The notes below the pieces were generated by a model that was not told the origin of the DNA, searched no databases, and saw nothing but the letters and a program-made list of their open reading frames with translations. Both the position numbers and the translations under genes were made by a program. DNA of 64,000 nt from Diadema antillarum (lineage: Eukaryota), in contig NW_027270951.1 of NCBI RefSeq assembly GCF_040938485.1, positions 2,294,001 through 2,358,000 of the forward strand, in the 5' to 3' direction. Positions within the stretch are counted from its first letter, which is position 1; the number at the start of each line of letters is the position of its first letter. Below are positions 13,401 through 28,496 of this stretch, one piece after another.

Positions 13401-14025
13401 CAATGCATGAATTAAAAAAAAGCATCTACTACATTTGCTATCTACTAAATCTAACATTTTCCTTTTAGATGGCTGACCAATAAAGTGGCAGTATCTCAAG
13501 TTAGAGAGACACAGGAAGACAGCAGACTGACACACAAACAGACAAGCAAATATATAAACAGACAAACACACATAGACAGAATTACAGGAAAAACTACCGG
13601 CATACAGAAGTAGACGTGAAGTGGTGCTATAGACTGCTAAAAAGTAAGTCCTGTGGTCTTAGATTGGACATAAGTTAAGCAGGATTGGAAGAGGTGGATG
13701 CAGAGGGGGTTAATGTAAGACTGAGCTAGACTTTCATTGAGGATGGAGATAAAAGCCATCTTAACTCTCTCGTTGCCATGATCTCCGAGATGCAAGGGTC
13801 ACTACTCATCCCAAGCTGGGTCTTCACTCGAAATGGCAAGAGAAGTTATAGAGCACATCCGTGAATTCCAGGTCTTGTTGATGGCACATTGCACACAATT
13901 ACAAGGCTAGTGGAGATAGGGAATCTGTGCAGGGTTAGCTGGCAAGCTCAATTTCACAGCTGATAGGATGTGTCACGCTAGATAGCCCCTATAAATACAC
14001 ACCTGGTATCAGCAATCACTGTTAC

Positions 14026-14071
<46 letters not shown>

Positions 14072-14307
14072 TGCACACAAAACACACACACAAACATACA
14101 CACACAAACAATTTTGCAATCCCTTACACACTACTATACATACATACATGTATATACATATATGCTCACACAAAAATCATTATCTCTTACACTTGTCCAA
14201 GCACACATCTCTCATACCTAACTATTGTAAACACACAAGAATATACACAATCATAAAAGTGAAGCATACACTTAAAATTTGCCGTGCCGCAGAAGTCTCT
14301 ATCTTAA

Positions 14308-14393
14308 ACCGTGGAAGACTAGTCCCCGAGTATACTTGGGCAGGTGTCCATGGGAAATGCATTTTAAAGGAAAACCAGCTCATCCTCAATGGG
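14308..14393. mobile_element. piggyBac-like mini-MITE, same family as 22297-22371 (opposite orientation)
   Basis: TTAA|accgtggaagactagtccccgagtatacttgggcaggtgtccatggg...catcctcaatggg|TTAA aligns with the reverse complement of 22297-22371. Confidence 0.7.
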
Positions 14394-17300
14394 TTAAAAA
14401 GGATGATGTATGTTCAAGGAGATGTGCTCGGCAAAATCTACAAAGGACTGATCTTAGCACACAGTGTCTGTCCTCCCCCCCCCCCCCCAATTCACTCTCT
14501 TTGACACTGCAGAGTGTAGGATTGCATTTGTGTAGAGACTGTGCCTTAAGATGGAAAATCACAAAAGATGATGATATCAAAGAGAAACGTGATGATGGAA
14601 GAAGCAGACGAGGCATGATTGTGACACATCTTGCAACTGAATGAAGTGAAAGAAGAGTCAAGTCTGGGCTTCAAAATGACGGACTTATCATTTCCTGAAG
14701 GACCTTCACGCTGCTCATTGTCTGCTGAGCGAACGAACTTACGCTTCTAAATTTCAATGCCGTACCTTCTTACGCTGGTAGAGTGGCATATACTGCTGAA
14801 TGGCAGCTAATGGATGCCATTTTGTGTGCAATCCTGACACTATGCTCTATTTAATGCATTGCTCATGAATCCTACGCTCTGTTTCTGTGGAATGGCATCT
14901 TCTGCTTCAGACCAATGCCACCACCTCATCATCTTCCTCCTCCTCCTCCTCCATCGTCATCTCGCCCCTCCTCCACAATTTTCATTTTCGCAAATCTTGG
15001 AAGTAAACTCTATATCACAGCTCGGTAACGACGGGCATAACAAGGATGGAGGGAGGAGAAGAAGAACGGCGGCTTTAGCGCCGCCCGAATATGTCTGACC
15101 ATTTGATTGCATGCCTCAGGGCGGGCTTTATATTGATTTTGGCCTTTTAGCGCACGACTTGCTTCGGCAACTTGGAGTCAACGTTCAAAGGACAATTGAG
15201 TCTCCTTCAAGAGATATTGCCTTACACTTCAGCGTGAAATGCGTGATCTTCCTCCTACTTTGTACGTCCCTCTCTCTTTCTCTTACTCTCTCTCAAATCC
15301 TACCCCCCCCCCACTTGTTTTAAGGGACATGACTACCCTTATTGATCCTTCTTGCAGCCCTTCAGGGTTTTTCCTCTTTTTACCACTTTCTCCTTTTCCT
15401 TTATTCCTCTTTCTCAGTTCAGCCAACTGAAAATCTCATTTATTGGTAAAAAAACAAACAAACACTACCTTCCTCTATTATCAAAAATAACAAAAACAAT
15501 AAACATAAAATTTCCTTGATTGAATATCAAGGCTATGTCTCTTATATAGAGCTTTATTAGAGCAAGGAGGAATATCTTCCGCCATCAACTCTTGTTTTTG
15601 TCTACATGTCCCTAAATTACATCTTAACTAAGTCCAGCCAGCAAGCCTAGCGGCCAGAATTGGAAGTCAAGTTAAATGACCGGTGCTCACTCCCTCCAAG
15701 ATGGACAACTGATTTTTCATCTTGAAGCCATGCGCCAACTGGCCATCAATAAAGGCATATCTGTGTCACCTGATTGATTTGCCGTCGCCACAGAACGTGG
15801 CCCGCCATTCCTCCATTCTTGGTGTAAATGGGCCAATTCTGACGGCACCAAACAAGGAATTTTATCGGAGGGGCAAAATCAAGAGAAAATCCATGTGATC
15901 TTGCCACGGGGAATGGCAAGCGACAGGCCCAGATGTAAGACTAATGACAAAGCACCAGACTGTCGGTTCTACTCTCCATGGCGACGCTGTAAAAAATCGA
16001 GGGCATGGGAAGCGATGTACACACGTAGGGGACTTCAATACCACTGGCAGAATACAGGGAGTCAACTTAGAATTGTTGAAATTTGTCGAAAGTGTGAAGA
16101 GAACTTTTGGCGAGGCTGTTGACGTAACACACAATATGCACACAAATAGGGTACAGAATGTGATACTATTGGTACCTACGAAGAAACTAAGCTGCATTGT
16201 GGCTGTGCACTCCAGCATACCTTACTCTGAGTACAAACGCACTGTCGAAAGTGAAATTTTCACATAACTGATTTTTCACGCACAGTCAAGTAGGATGGAT
16301 TTACGTGATCTGGATTTTGCTGTCAACAACAAAAGATGATATCACAAATTTGTGAGAGTGAAATGATTACAACTTTTTTTTATTTCCAGCACCAAAATTT
16401 AAAAAAAAAAATTGTGCAAATTGCACAATATAAAATATCGTTCAATAATCAAATTATTTTCATGGTAGTCTGATGACAAATCTGAAATACACAATGTATG
16501 GCAAATGTCATGGGTATGAATCAACATACAATAACTCCTGATCAAGGTACTGTCCATGTGTCTCTTCTCGTTGCTAAGAGTTAGCATACTGGGCATGTAT
16601 TTGTTTTCCACCATATCTGGGGGTCTTCAAAAGTATATATCTCTGGAATCCCTCAAACTCTGGGCAAATCTCAACATGTAATGACTTGTGGGCATCTTGG
16701 CTATCATAAAATTTGGTCTAGGAAAGCTCTGTCCTCGGTGTGTAAATCATATTTTACCACAGTATATCTCATACACATGCTCTGTTAATTCACAAACATT
16801 ATGGTGAAGTCATGGTTGAACATAATCACACTGGCACTCCTCCATTATGACAGTATTAAAAAATGGTAGAAGTGAATTAACTCAAATGTTAAGTTGTTGT
16901 TTTTTCCCTCATTCCTTCACTTTTTTATCCCCAGATACTTCATGCCTCATTAGTTGTGCACAAATAAATCTCAAATTTGTTGTCCCCTTTCAGTTATGGT
17001 TAGCTGACAGCTTAGAGGAAGTCAAAAATCTGGTATCATTTCCCAGAACTTGAATAACTGATCCAATCTCCCCTCCCCCCCCCCCAAAAAAAAAAGAAAA
17101 GAAAAAGGAGAAGAAGGAAAATCTTACACAAGAAACATATCCCATTCAAATGACACAAAATTTGCCTTTCTAGACGTGGGAGTCACTTATGTTGACATAT
17201 GAGGCTGTGTATCTGATGATCAAATAGGGAACAAACACCATAATTTGCTTTAATTTGCAATGACCTTACCCCTGATTGGAATGGAGGACAACGGATTGGC

Positions 17301-19799
17301 ACAAATATGGCAGGAAAGGGCAGGAGAAGTCGCGGGGGGGGGGGGGGGGGGGGGGAGGAGAAGGAACAGAGAATATTGTGCCAAATATATATTTTTCTAA
17401 CTTGGCCGGATGTATGCAGAGTGTGTTTGTGGTAATGGTGTGATTGTTGCTGTGACAGCGATGGAGTGAAGTACATTTTTAGCGCGGAAATCCAATGTTT
17501 TCGATAAGCCCGGACGGATTCCTATCTCCTGAAGCTTGCTCTGACACTCTAGGATTGGACAAAATGGGGATGCATGTAGGAACATGAATGAAACACATGA
17601 AATTTCAACAACTCTATTTTTGATACATTAACGTACACAGTACATCATGACTGAACAACTGTGGGTGGTATAGACAAGTAGGCAGCACAATGAAGAACAG
17701 TATCTTCTGTACCTCCACGCTTTCATCCCGGCAGAACTGTAGGATGCTTATAGCTTGCACTAGACATATATGGGGGGGGGGGGGATTGTTACAAGACGAA
17801 AAAGGGAGTTGTTTGCTCTGTCATTAGTAGACACTGTAATCATTCTTGATGAACAGACATTTAAAGACAATGTCTGATGGAATGGGAAGGGGGGAGGGGG
17901 AGGAGATGGACCTAAGAGGGAGACTTTTCTTCCAAGGTATACACACCTTATTTTTCAATCTTTAATTTTTCTTTCTTTTTCATATAAACAATATAGGTCT
18001 ACAAATCAATTTGCGACAAGATAACACAAATTTCATAATGACAACATAACATAATATAATACAATGACTAACACACACACACGCATGCACACACATTCTG
18101 CTACCCTCATTCTAAGGGGAAAAAAATAATAAAATTCTGCTACTGATTGACAAGTTCCTTCAGGCTTCACACAACATGACTGAGCATTTTATCATCAGTT
18201 ATAACCATCATCATATCATCAGTTGAGAGATAGTAGGGCATGAACTCTATGCATGGTTCACACAGTTGACACCGTTCAAAACTCACAAAATCCATATATA
18301 TATTTTCGTTCTATTTCAATCTCTCTGTTCATGCTGTCTTGTTGCCATGGGGTACAGGAAACAGCATGAAAAATGGGGATATAGTAACAAAGATAGAGAG
18401 GATAGTGACCAGTGTATGCTTCAGAGCATTTAGAAGGACATGACTAGAGTCAGCAGCATCCACATCGGGACAAATGGACCCCTGCTCCCATGCGATACAG
18501 CAGACATCTCATCAGGATAATGGGCTTGCAAAATGAATAGTTAAAGGGTAGCATCATGACTAGATGCATGAAGTGACAGACTCCAAGAGGCCACTCTGAT
18601 TAGGATCTAAATAAAGAAAAGGAAAATCCATCACAGTTCCATGAAAACTTGTTATTGCTGAAGGAGAAAAGTGGCAATGACATACAATGTATTGACACAT
18701 GGAAGCAAAGTATTCTCGCTTCCCTTCCCTTGACCCAAATATGTTCAGGGAAAGTAATCCTTCCTCTTCCCACAACANNNNNNNNNNNNNNNNNNNNNNN
18801 NNNNNNNNNNNNNNNNNNNNNNNNNNNNNNNNNNNNNNNNNNNNNNNNNNNNNNNNNNNNNNNNNNNNNNNNNNNNNNNNNNNNNNNNNNNNNNNNNNNN
18901 NNNNNNNGGAGCAGGCTATGCGTGCCAAATTCTGATACAAAGTCATTGGTCATTTCGGTTTTCCCACCAGAATGGCAATTTCTGATGTGACAGGGCAAAT
19001 GAGAAAGAGAGAGAGGAGAGAGAGATAGAATCTATATCTCATGATTGGTGTTGCATTACAATCAGCCCTGAAAACTACAATGATGTATATGGCACTGTTC
19101 ATCAGAATGTAATAAATTGTATTAAATGGAACACCAAAGGTACTCCTGAATTCTCATGATGAACAACAATGCAGAGCTGAAAAAAAAATTAAAATAAAAT
19201 GAATAAATTATTCCTGTGTGCTCTATGCTGCCATCATAAAAAATGTGAGAACAGCAGCTTTATGTCAGAATAGGTCTTATATAACTACAACACAAGAAAA
19301 AAAATCCCCCCTCTCAAAAAAGAAGAGCTTGATCAAAGAGCCATTGCACTTTGCATAATTATAGTGAAGACTGTACCATTTTCCAATACATAGTAACTTA
19401 TCTAAATGATAATAGGTCTTTCACATTGATGAGTACGGAAAGGGTTTAGCAATACATGGACAACTGTCTAGACACAACACAGGTCATTTTTTTTTTTCTT
19501 TTTTAAGCTGAGCAGTCAGTCCTACTGATACCAATTTGGGAAATTTATTTTGCCGGGAAATATCTTTACATTTACTGAGCAAAAGGGATCATTCTCTTAA
19601 ATAGTAACCGATCTGCTTCAAGACGACTTAAAAGATAACCCCTGACAGAAAACCACAAAAACATGATAGACAAAATATGACTGTCAAAATGCCAGCTCTG
19701 ACGTAAAGTGATTGGTTGATGGAGGAACACAAATCTCCTCATTCTCCTAAGATGCATTTCTCAGCAAGTACTTGCTCTGGAGATAAATACCACCGAATG

Positions 19800-20170
19800 A
19801 CATGTCGGCCTTGCTAAAGTGCGCACAGTTTAGCAAGTAGCAAAAATGGCGGACACAAATAAACATCACTCCTGCTTGCAGTCGACTGTGCATGCACAGA
19901 CACAAATACGTCGATGGAAAGGATTGGGGGGGGGGGAACCAGGGGCAAGCAGGCACGCGAAGAAGACGACGAATTGTAATGTGTCTTGTTCACGGAGATG
20001 GACCGATTTCCCAGGTGTATATTTCAGAAGCTTTCCATAATGACTCCCCTTCACCTTGCGGCACTCGTCAGCAAGGCTCGTACGTCACAAAGTCGTGCCT
20101 GGTCACCAACCATTTGATGCATCGAGCTGCCGCGGCAATCTATACCCTGCGAGTTCACTAATGCACAGCG
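19800..20170. promoter_or_regulatory. CpG-enriched promoter/enhancer-like segment
   Basis: Local CpG enrichment, YY1-type AAAATGGCGG at 19843-19852, and inverted repeat ttgctaaa-gtgcgcac-ag-tttagcaa at 19811-19836. Confidence 0.35.
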
Positions 20171-21705
20171 TTAGCACCCTGTTTAACAACCGCTGAAATC
20201 AAATTACCCCCAGAGAGGAAACGGTGGCGGGGAGGGGTAAAGGGGGAAGGGAGAATGGGGAGGGGGAAAAAAATTCAGCGTCAATTCTTTTTCTATTATT
20301 ACACTAATATGCATTTTGTCATCCTCTCCCCCTCTTCCCACACTGGGGTTAACTGATATCACTGCCTTTCAGCTTCTTTTGTTGGCTAAGTGCAAGTCTC
20401 CTTTTATTCTTTCATTCATTAACATACGACGGCGTCAAATGCTTCGTAAACGGGGAGCCCAGCACGAACATGTGTCATAGATTTGCATCTGATTATGCCG
20501 GCAATTGGTGGCGATGGCTGTTCATGTAGATTTTATTGCAGAATGACACACATGTGTGCATCATGCAAAGAAGAGGAAAGATGAAAACAAGAGAAGGGAA
20601 GAAGAACAAAAGAATAAGGAGGAATCCATGTCCGACAGATATTACCTGAGACAATACAATTTTACTAAACTGCTGTCTGCTCGAACTACATAGTGAAGCT
20701 TTTGAAACGATCAGGAATTCGCTTGTAAAACACAAAGTTTTCTCTCTCACAAATGTTCTGCTGTCTATGTATATCTGCTGTTCCTCTCTCACGCTGTCCA
20801 TCTTTTCTTTCATTCTGTCTCTCTCTCCTTCTCTATCTCTCTTGCTCAAAGAAGATCAGACAGATGTATGACAACAATGGCTTCATGTAAATCCACTCTG
20901 TGAGTACTCCATCGTTAATGAGTCTTGAACTACAGTGGCACAAGGCTTTATGTTCAACACACCCAAGAAGCTCAGGCAAAGCTACATGTAACAGTCATTG
21001 TAATGAGCATCCACTATTATCACACAGCAGTGCTAATCATATTTCAGCTCATACGCTCTGAATGCATTTTTATACTTTCTTACTTTCTTACATAGTACTT
21101 TCATTAAACATTGATAAGTATTTTCCAAGTCAGTGGTAAGTTTTAGTGGCATAGCAGAATTGCCTGACAAACTACCTGAACATTCATTTTGATTGCTTAG
21201 TATACACACAAGTGCACTACCCACATGCTCTGGACAGCGTGAACCAGCAGAAAAGTGCAACGGAGTCATAAACCTCTTGCTTAGAGTTATATCCTACGGT
21301 TGCTAACACAAATGCGGGTATCTAGGTCAAGGTAATATAATTAAATTGTGGCAACACACACAGTTTTTGAAAGAAATAAAATCAATTGTCACATTTATGT
21401 TCTCTGCATATTTTCAAGCCAATAATCTATATCCACACATGTCATACATGGATATAGTAGTCTTTTTGTCCAATATGAAATCAATTCCCAGCTTCATAAT
21501 GCTTCATCCCACGCACTCCTCCCCCCCCCCCCCCCACCAAAACAAAACAAAACAAAACAAAAAAGATAAAAAAAGCCCTACATATCTACCTTGTACCCTG
21601 GGAATGCAATATAAGGACAAGGTCACTAAATATTGCTGCCAGACTTCACAAACAGAAATCAGAAGGTCAGTGTCCTGTCATGTACATCTTTATAAGACAA
21701 TTTTT

Positions 21706-21752
<47 letters not shown>

Positions 21753-22296
21753 TGCACAAACGCACACTAAGACACACACCACAGGACTAAATACAGCACA
21801 GAGAAGAAATGAGGTAGTTGAACTCTGCCATTATCTGACCGGACAAGGCAGAGGAAGACCGATAGCCCACAAGCCAGATGGATCGCCATCAGATGGACAC
21901 CAGAAGGTGAGGGTACAAACACAACACACAGGACCCTACGCACTTGATGGTACCAGGAACAATTGGGACCAGGTGATTACCCTAAGAACTAGAACTGCAG
22001 AAGTCCAGTGTCCTGCAGGATTTTTCTGGCTGTGAGCAGCACCCCATACTAGTGTGATACCAGACATCATCCTGCTGGATTTCAAAAGATGAAAGCTATC
22101 TCTTGAAGCTTCTTGTAAGGTGGATTCTCCTCCATTTTGGTTGAATTCCATCAAATATTACTTGGAGGTCATATGAAGATGCACTGTACCTGACCTACCA
22201 TTTCTGTACAAAATACACAGTCCGCATCTACTGATAATCTACATGCCTCTCCATCTAAACAAAAACATATCCTGCTCCATTACCACATCACTTTAA

Positions 22297-22371
22297 CCGG
22301 TTGAGGACAGACTAATTTTGCTCCAACCATAGATACCTGCCCGCGTATACTCTGGACTCGTCCTCAACCGA
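22297..22371. mobile_element. 75-bp piggyBac-like mini-MITE
   Basis: TTAA|CCGGTTGAGGAC...GTCCTCAACCGA|TTAA. 12-bp TIR with one mismatch and a TTAA TSD. Confidence 0.8.
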
Positions 22372-22570
22372 TTAAAAGAAATAAAAATCTCCCCCCTAGT
22401 CCGCATGGGCCCTTGGGGACAAGAGCCCTACTAACTGTACTTTGGACGAGCACCTATTAATATACTAGTCCCAGACTAAGTTGTACCTGCCCTGGGCAAA
22501 GGATCAATGTGTTGTACCCACCTTGCACACCCAAACATAGGAGTCTCTCCACATCTCACTCTGTAGGTTA

Positions 22571-22732
22571 CTGTAAAACACGATATATTTGCGGCACGAA
22601 ATTTTCAAGAATTGCCATTGGCATTTAATGTATAGGCCTATAATGCAGGCAAGAACTTTCATGTGCATTTTAAATTCGCCAATCTTGGCTCTCGCGAAAT
22701 TAAAATGCACGCGAACATTCCTCCTTTTACAG
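22571..22732. mobile_element. TA-flanked CTGTAAAA...TTTTACAG MITE
   Basis: TA|CTGTAAAACACG...CCTCCTTTTACAG|TA. A truncated left end of the same type is at 31172-31197 (tactgtaaaacatgatatattcgcgg). Confidence 0.7.
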
Positions 22733-25070
22733 TATGTCACTGTGGCACGCATGACATTTGTGGTTACGTTGATGAGTGATGAGGGCATGTACACCACATT
22801 TTGCGACATAGTTGGAAGATGTAAGAGTCCTCCATGTTACCATGGCGACAAAAGTCAGACATAGTTCATAATCCCCTTATACCAATGCTCTGGTTGGGGG
22901 TGGTGGGAATTAACTCTAAGCCTTACGCTGCCTTCCCGAGCTTTACCATAAATATGCAAACAGATACACGATTAAAGCTCTACTGATGATACCTATTGCT
23001 AGTGTCACATTTTATGTGTTTGAAATCAATTCAAAAGATCTACATCTACATTATGAATAATCTCATCAGTATTCCCCAATAATTCTACAAGAAAACCCTT
23101 AATAATTGCAGTAACAGTTCCCAGAATGCTGTTTATTAAAAAACAAACAAACAAAAAAACAAAGAAAAAAACCCACACACACACCATAAGAACAGCAGAG
23201 TACTTTGTTAGGATAGAGGTCTCTATTGCTTGGTTAGAAAAAGAGCACAAGACATTATTTTATCCCAAGCCTCTGCACCTATGAATAAATTTACATTTAC
23301 CTGAAAGCATCCTTGAGGGCATTTTTTTTCTTCTTCATTTATTCCTAAGATTATTTTTTTTTTTTTTCGGAAGCAGGGAATCCTGTTTTTAGTTGCCTAG
23401 GAACAGAGACTAATGATTCATACCCAAGCTGTAAGTGGCTAATGCAGGATTTATGTAAACGACTATTTCACATGTACGTGAAATCCATTCCCCGCGGCTA
23501 ATGTGTCACAGCTCTCATTTTGCTTCAAACACCAAAAGAACATTAGGGTCTATATAATGCAGCCTGTACTCATTAAAGCGTTAATGAGAAATTTTATAAA
23601 TCTAGCTTTCCTCATTCCTCGTTTCCCTGTGCACTGGGGCAATGGAAATGGAAACATTTGCAGTCAATGAAAAATTAGTCTCATGCCGCATTACACCCAG
23701 ATCATTTTCAACATATGATAAAGTATTTCATTCTGACTTTCTTGCCAGTCAGATTTTTTTTTTTTAAATTCCACAATGTTAAGATTCAATGATCTATTCA
23801 GAGAGTGGTACAACTGAGGTTTCAAAAAAATGCTGTACTTGCATTTCTTTTTATTGAGCAGTTACCCTACAAAAATGTGACATCATTGAAAACAGTTGCT
23901 ACCGAGACAAATGTAAAACACAACACAAACACAGACAAACTAGTGCAAACGAATATACACACAAATTGTAACGCACACTCACAGACAGCCAGATACTTAA
24001 TGCACATATTATACACAATGTCCATGAAGGGAGAAACAGCTGCAAAATTGAACAAACAGAGCTATCCAACAGTTCTCATAACCTGCTCATGAATGCATTC
24101 TTCATGACGAAGGACAAAATTTCCATAAAACTTAACGAGGAGAACCTGCACCCACTACCGTCACACATGTCTCACGGAAAAAATTGTGGTAAAAACAAAA
24201 AAGGAGATTAAAAACACGATGGCATCTCAACCCTTATCTGACTGGGCAATAAAAATTTATGGTTACTAGATTCTTGATACTCCCCCCCCCCCCTTTTTTT
24301 TTTTTTGAAGCAGCCTGCATAATTATAGGAAGGCTCTTAAAAGTGTCATTTTTATTTCTTTTCTTTTTTTGTCTACCATATGAAAGAGGATGACATCTTT
24401 CATAGGGGCCGGTCAGGCTTACAAACATGGAAAAAAATAACAAAGATTGAAGCTTTGACAGTCTTGTGCTGCCATTGCAGCCATTCTTTTCTTCATGAAT
24501 AAATCATCAGCTACTGTATGCCATACCCAGTCTGCGTTCTACATATCTTGTTTTGATGCTGTCACAATTATAATATGGAACATAATCCTCAACAAGCGGC
24601 AAGATTTATGAGGTCGATTATCAAAAACATAATTTGGGCAATTTGTCTCATGAACTTCCTTCCTCCCCACCCCTTTTTTTTCTCTCACAAAATAAATCCC
24701 CCTCCCCTTCATCTTCAGTCTTGCTTTGAAGCTACTGAAGTACATGCTGTATTTCCTTAGAGATCTCTGTCACTCTATCTTATAGTCTTCACTAGTCTCT
24801 CCATCTACCCCACCCCCCTTCTCTTTCTTCTTTTTTTCCTCACTCGATCCCCCTAACCCTTCTACATATTCCCAACGTGTCAAATGGTGCATCACATGAG
24901 CGCGGACCAATGTGATGACGCATATGGTGAAGCGTTTAACCCCAACGACGCCCTGTCAACACCAATCACTCTTTGCCATCGTCTGTTCTTCCCCTCCTCT
25001 CTTTTTTTTTTCTTCAAGTCTCCTTCTCTTATTGCTTTTGTGATAACTAAGCTTCCTCTCAACACACACA

Positions 25071-25071
<1 letters not shown>

Positions 25072-25124
<53 letters not shown>
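25072..25124 (+). repeat. (CA)n microsatellite, representative of many
   Basis: Long perfect CA run. Others lie at about 748-761, 9897-9920, 10858-10890, 14031-14066, 21713-21750, 25759-25813, 27987-28019 and 47629-47662. Confidence 0.95.
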
Positions 25125-25132
<8 letters not shown>

Positions 25133-25757
25133 GCATGTACATCCTGTCCATGATAGGTGGTGTGTTTGGCTAATCATCACCTCTAGATTCCGTTTCCACC
25201 ACACACACATCCTCGCAAAGCGCCAGACAAAACATTTTGATCGAGGTATTAATGAGGTCAAGTTCAATAAATAATATCCACTGACCAGATGGGGAGATGT
25301 AACAGGAATCTGGGACTTCCATTGGAAAAACTTCATATTCAACCAAATCTATTAAATCCTGAATAACACTACAGATACGTTTTTATGATATGTGATATCC
25401 CACACTCAGAATCACCTTCTCCCACTACCCCTTGACCCCTCCCTCCCCCCCCCCCAAAAAAAAAAAAAAAAAAACGTGAACTGGTATCCAAGAAGAAACT
25501 GTAAAAAGTGTGTCATAATACATCACTTCAGCACAACCAAAATAAAAGGAGTGAATATGAACAGACATAATGATATATCATACAGGACCCAATTTCAAAT
25601 CAAACTGCAGTACTCAGTATAAAGGGGATGATTTGAGCCAGGTACCTAGCAATCTGCATAGTTATGGTGGCTTCCAAGGAAGCACTGGTGCACACTGAAA
25701 ATGAAAGTAGACATGGCTTAACTGATGATCACATCATTTTTCCATGGACAAGAGTAT

Positions 25758-25815
<58 letters not shown>

Positions 25816-26383
25816 AGAATCTAGATGGAATCTAGACCTAGGGAAATGTTGCGTGACTAAACTAAACTTACAATCAAGTGTGAAATAGAAACTGTTTTAA
25901 GGACACCTTTTTCCTAGCTCTTCACACACTTAGCAAGGCTGTTAACATCATGTCTGTGGATGCTCTTGCTGGTGTGTGTGTGTGTGTGTGTTCATTTCAA
26001 TTGATTCAACTTCAAGTAACTCTAATAATTCACACTCGTGAAGCCTATTTAGCAATGTTCAGCACCAATCGATAGTTGATGCCCATCAATGGCAGATGCC
26101 AAGGAGTTGTTTAAGTTAAATCATGCACGGACATCAACATTAATCACAAATGATTAATCTATCCTCAATAACAGAGCAAGTTGGCGAGGGGGGGGGGGGG
26201 GGAGAGTATGACATTGTTGCCAAAAGTATTGCTGCTGGCATAAAATGGGCATGAACATGCTGGACAGAAAATACAAATTGTGTAAATTAAAGTAGACATT
26301 GTTAATAGGGTATAAAAGATGTAGGAGTGATGATACTTCCACGATTGCAAGTTTTGAGAACAGATGGGGGGGGGGGTACTATA

Positions 26384-26666
26384 GGCACGGTTAGACTGGC
26401 AAAAGATCGCGAAGTTTAAGATCGCGATCGTTAAGATCTCGAAGTTTTGCCAGTGTGACGGCAAACTTCCCACAAAACTTCTCGCGAAACTTCTCGATCT
26501 GTTTGCGGGCGGTGTCTCCGAAGCGCGAGGCCACTGTCATGTACAGATGTGCATTGTTACATCACAATCACTAGCCATCGGACGGCGCACTCTTTCTTGC
26601 GTGCGTACGAATGGCCCAAACTTTGCGATCTTAAACTTCTCGATCTTTTGCCAGTCTGACCGCGCC
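26384..26666. mobile_element. MITE with about 45-bp TIRs, TA-flanked (possibly PIF/Harbinger-like)
   Basis: TA|GGCACGGTTAGACTGGCAAAAGATCGCGAAGTTTAAGATCGC...GCGATCTTAAACTTCTCGATCTTTTGCCAGTCTGACCGCGCC|TA. Confidence 0.8.
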
Positions 26667-27984
26667 TAATGTGACCATGACAATGCTCAAATATCCTCCA
26701 TAACAAAAGCATGCACCAAAACACAAATTAAGTAATGATATGAAACCTTAAGTCTGATCAGCAAAGATCATTGCATGTCATAAGGAGCACTCGGGAAGTC
26801 ACAAAAACATATATTAACTGTCATGCTTCAGCAAGAAGCTTCTATATTACAAAATGATGTTGAAGGAGTGGAGTCTGTCATACATTGTATGTAATGATAT
26901 GACTAGTGCCTATATTTGCTACATATCAACAGAAAGTCTTCACTTTCTGTCCTCCACCCCCCCCCCCATCCCCTGCAATTAAAGCTAATGTGAAGTATTG
27001 GGAAGTTGGAAGTTTGGATAAGAGCATCCTCCCTGCAGTTATTACATTTTCAATATTTAAGCCATCAAAAATCTGTCACGACAATAAACAGCTCATATCA
27101 CGATACCATTAAGATTTATGAGCAATTAATTCATCTGAACTTCTACAGAACTGCCCAGTGTAATTCAAAATCTGAGTGTAGGTTCTGTCTCTGCGTTTGT
27201 ATTTGGTATTCAAAAAAGCACAATACAGTACAATTTAACCAGTTATACATCTGCCTCAAGTGTATATAAGCTGCTGGTATCTGAAGCTCCGAAATACTCA
27301 GTTACGACATGTGATATTTCACTCCCAGTGGATACCCTTCACTTTTCGAAGTCAACCGACCAAATTGACCCATCACGCAGAGACACTATGGGGCAACTTG
27401 AGAGAAGAGCAAAAAGCAACACACATGCAGTCCCGATTCAAATCAAATATCAATTTGCTGCGCAATAACTGACTGATAGACGAAAATTCCACGACTGCCA
27501 GGGGCCTTGCCAAGATTTGGGACTTTATTGCGTGCAGTCTTTGTAGCAGTGACCACTTACAGGGGACTCAGACTTGCGATATAACTTGTTTGTAATCACG
27601 TCCCTAAAACTTGTTTCTAAATGTGTTTGGAGTTACCGAGTCAGATACGAGTGTCTGTAGTGAGTGTGAGTGATATTCCACACGACGGCCATGTCCCAAA
27701 ACTCAAAAGCCTGTCAGTCATATATGTACATGCAACTTCTGTTACGCTTACAGGCGAAATTATTCAAAAGTAATTTGCACGCACGACGGTGGAAGTGAAT
27801 ACAAGGCCAAGCTCGGCTTCACCTCCCCAATCGCGTTTCAGAGGTCATACTGTTCGGCTGGCAAATGTACCCACAAAGTCAAGCATACGGTGATTGGAAA
27901 ACACCTCCAGACCACAACTTGCCAAATGTAATTTGAGAAACGTGTTTGCGAGAAACATGATGCAAGTTTGGTTTCAGACTTGCG

Positions 27985-28023
<39 letters not shown>

Positions 28024-28496
28024 CATTGATTACATGTTTCTTGACATGCTTACAAACTAGTCCCTCTGCTAATCTGAAAGAGCTCATAGGCATACACTTT
28101 GTATAAGGTCCAGTGGAAGGTGGAAGAGAGGGGAAATAGATGAGGGTGGTCAAATAAATCCCCGTTCATTAGTCAATCAAATTAGCCTGGAGTGGACAAA
28201 GGAGCAGGGGACAAACTTCTCATTTTTTTTTTCTTCTCAAACAAGTATTGAAGGTATCAACAAATATACTCGCCATCTGATGACAAGACGAGAAAGATCA
28301 ACTATTCAAACTGACAGATAAATTGAGACTGTGTGTGATTGGCTGACTTTCTCCCTTCCTTCCTTCTTCCATTTCTTTTTCTTTCATGCAGATATTCCAA
28401 CCATTTCCAATACATACTTGCTTGTTTTCTCTCCTCCCTTGTATTTCTTGTTTATTTTCTTCAATGATTAAAAGATTCTCTCTCTTGCTCTATCGA

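Noticed and set aside
15944-16267. ORF containing VGDFNT (APE endonuclease-like motif)
   Set aside because: No other APE motifs (QET, SDH, RLDY) in register. Probably chance.
21346-22035. 229-aa plus-strand ORF
   Set aside because: Non-ATG start, runs through C-run, (aaaac)n and (CA)n repeats, and has no recognisable domain.
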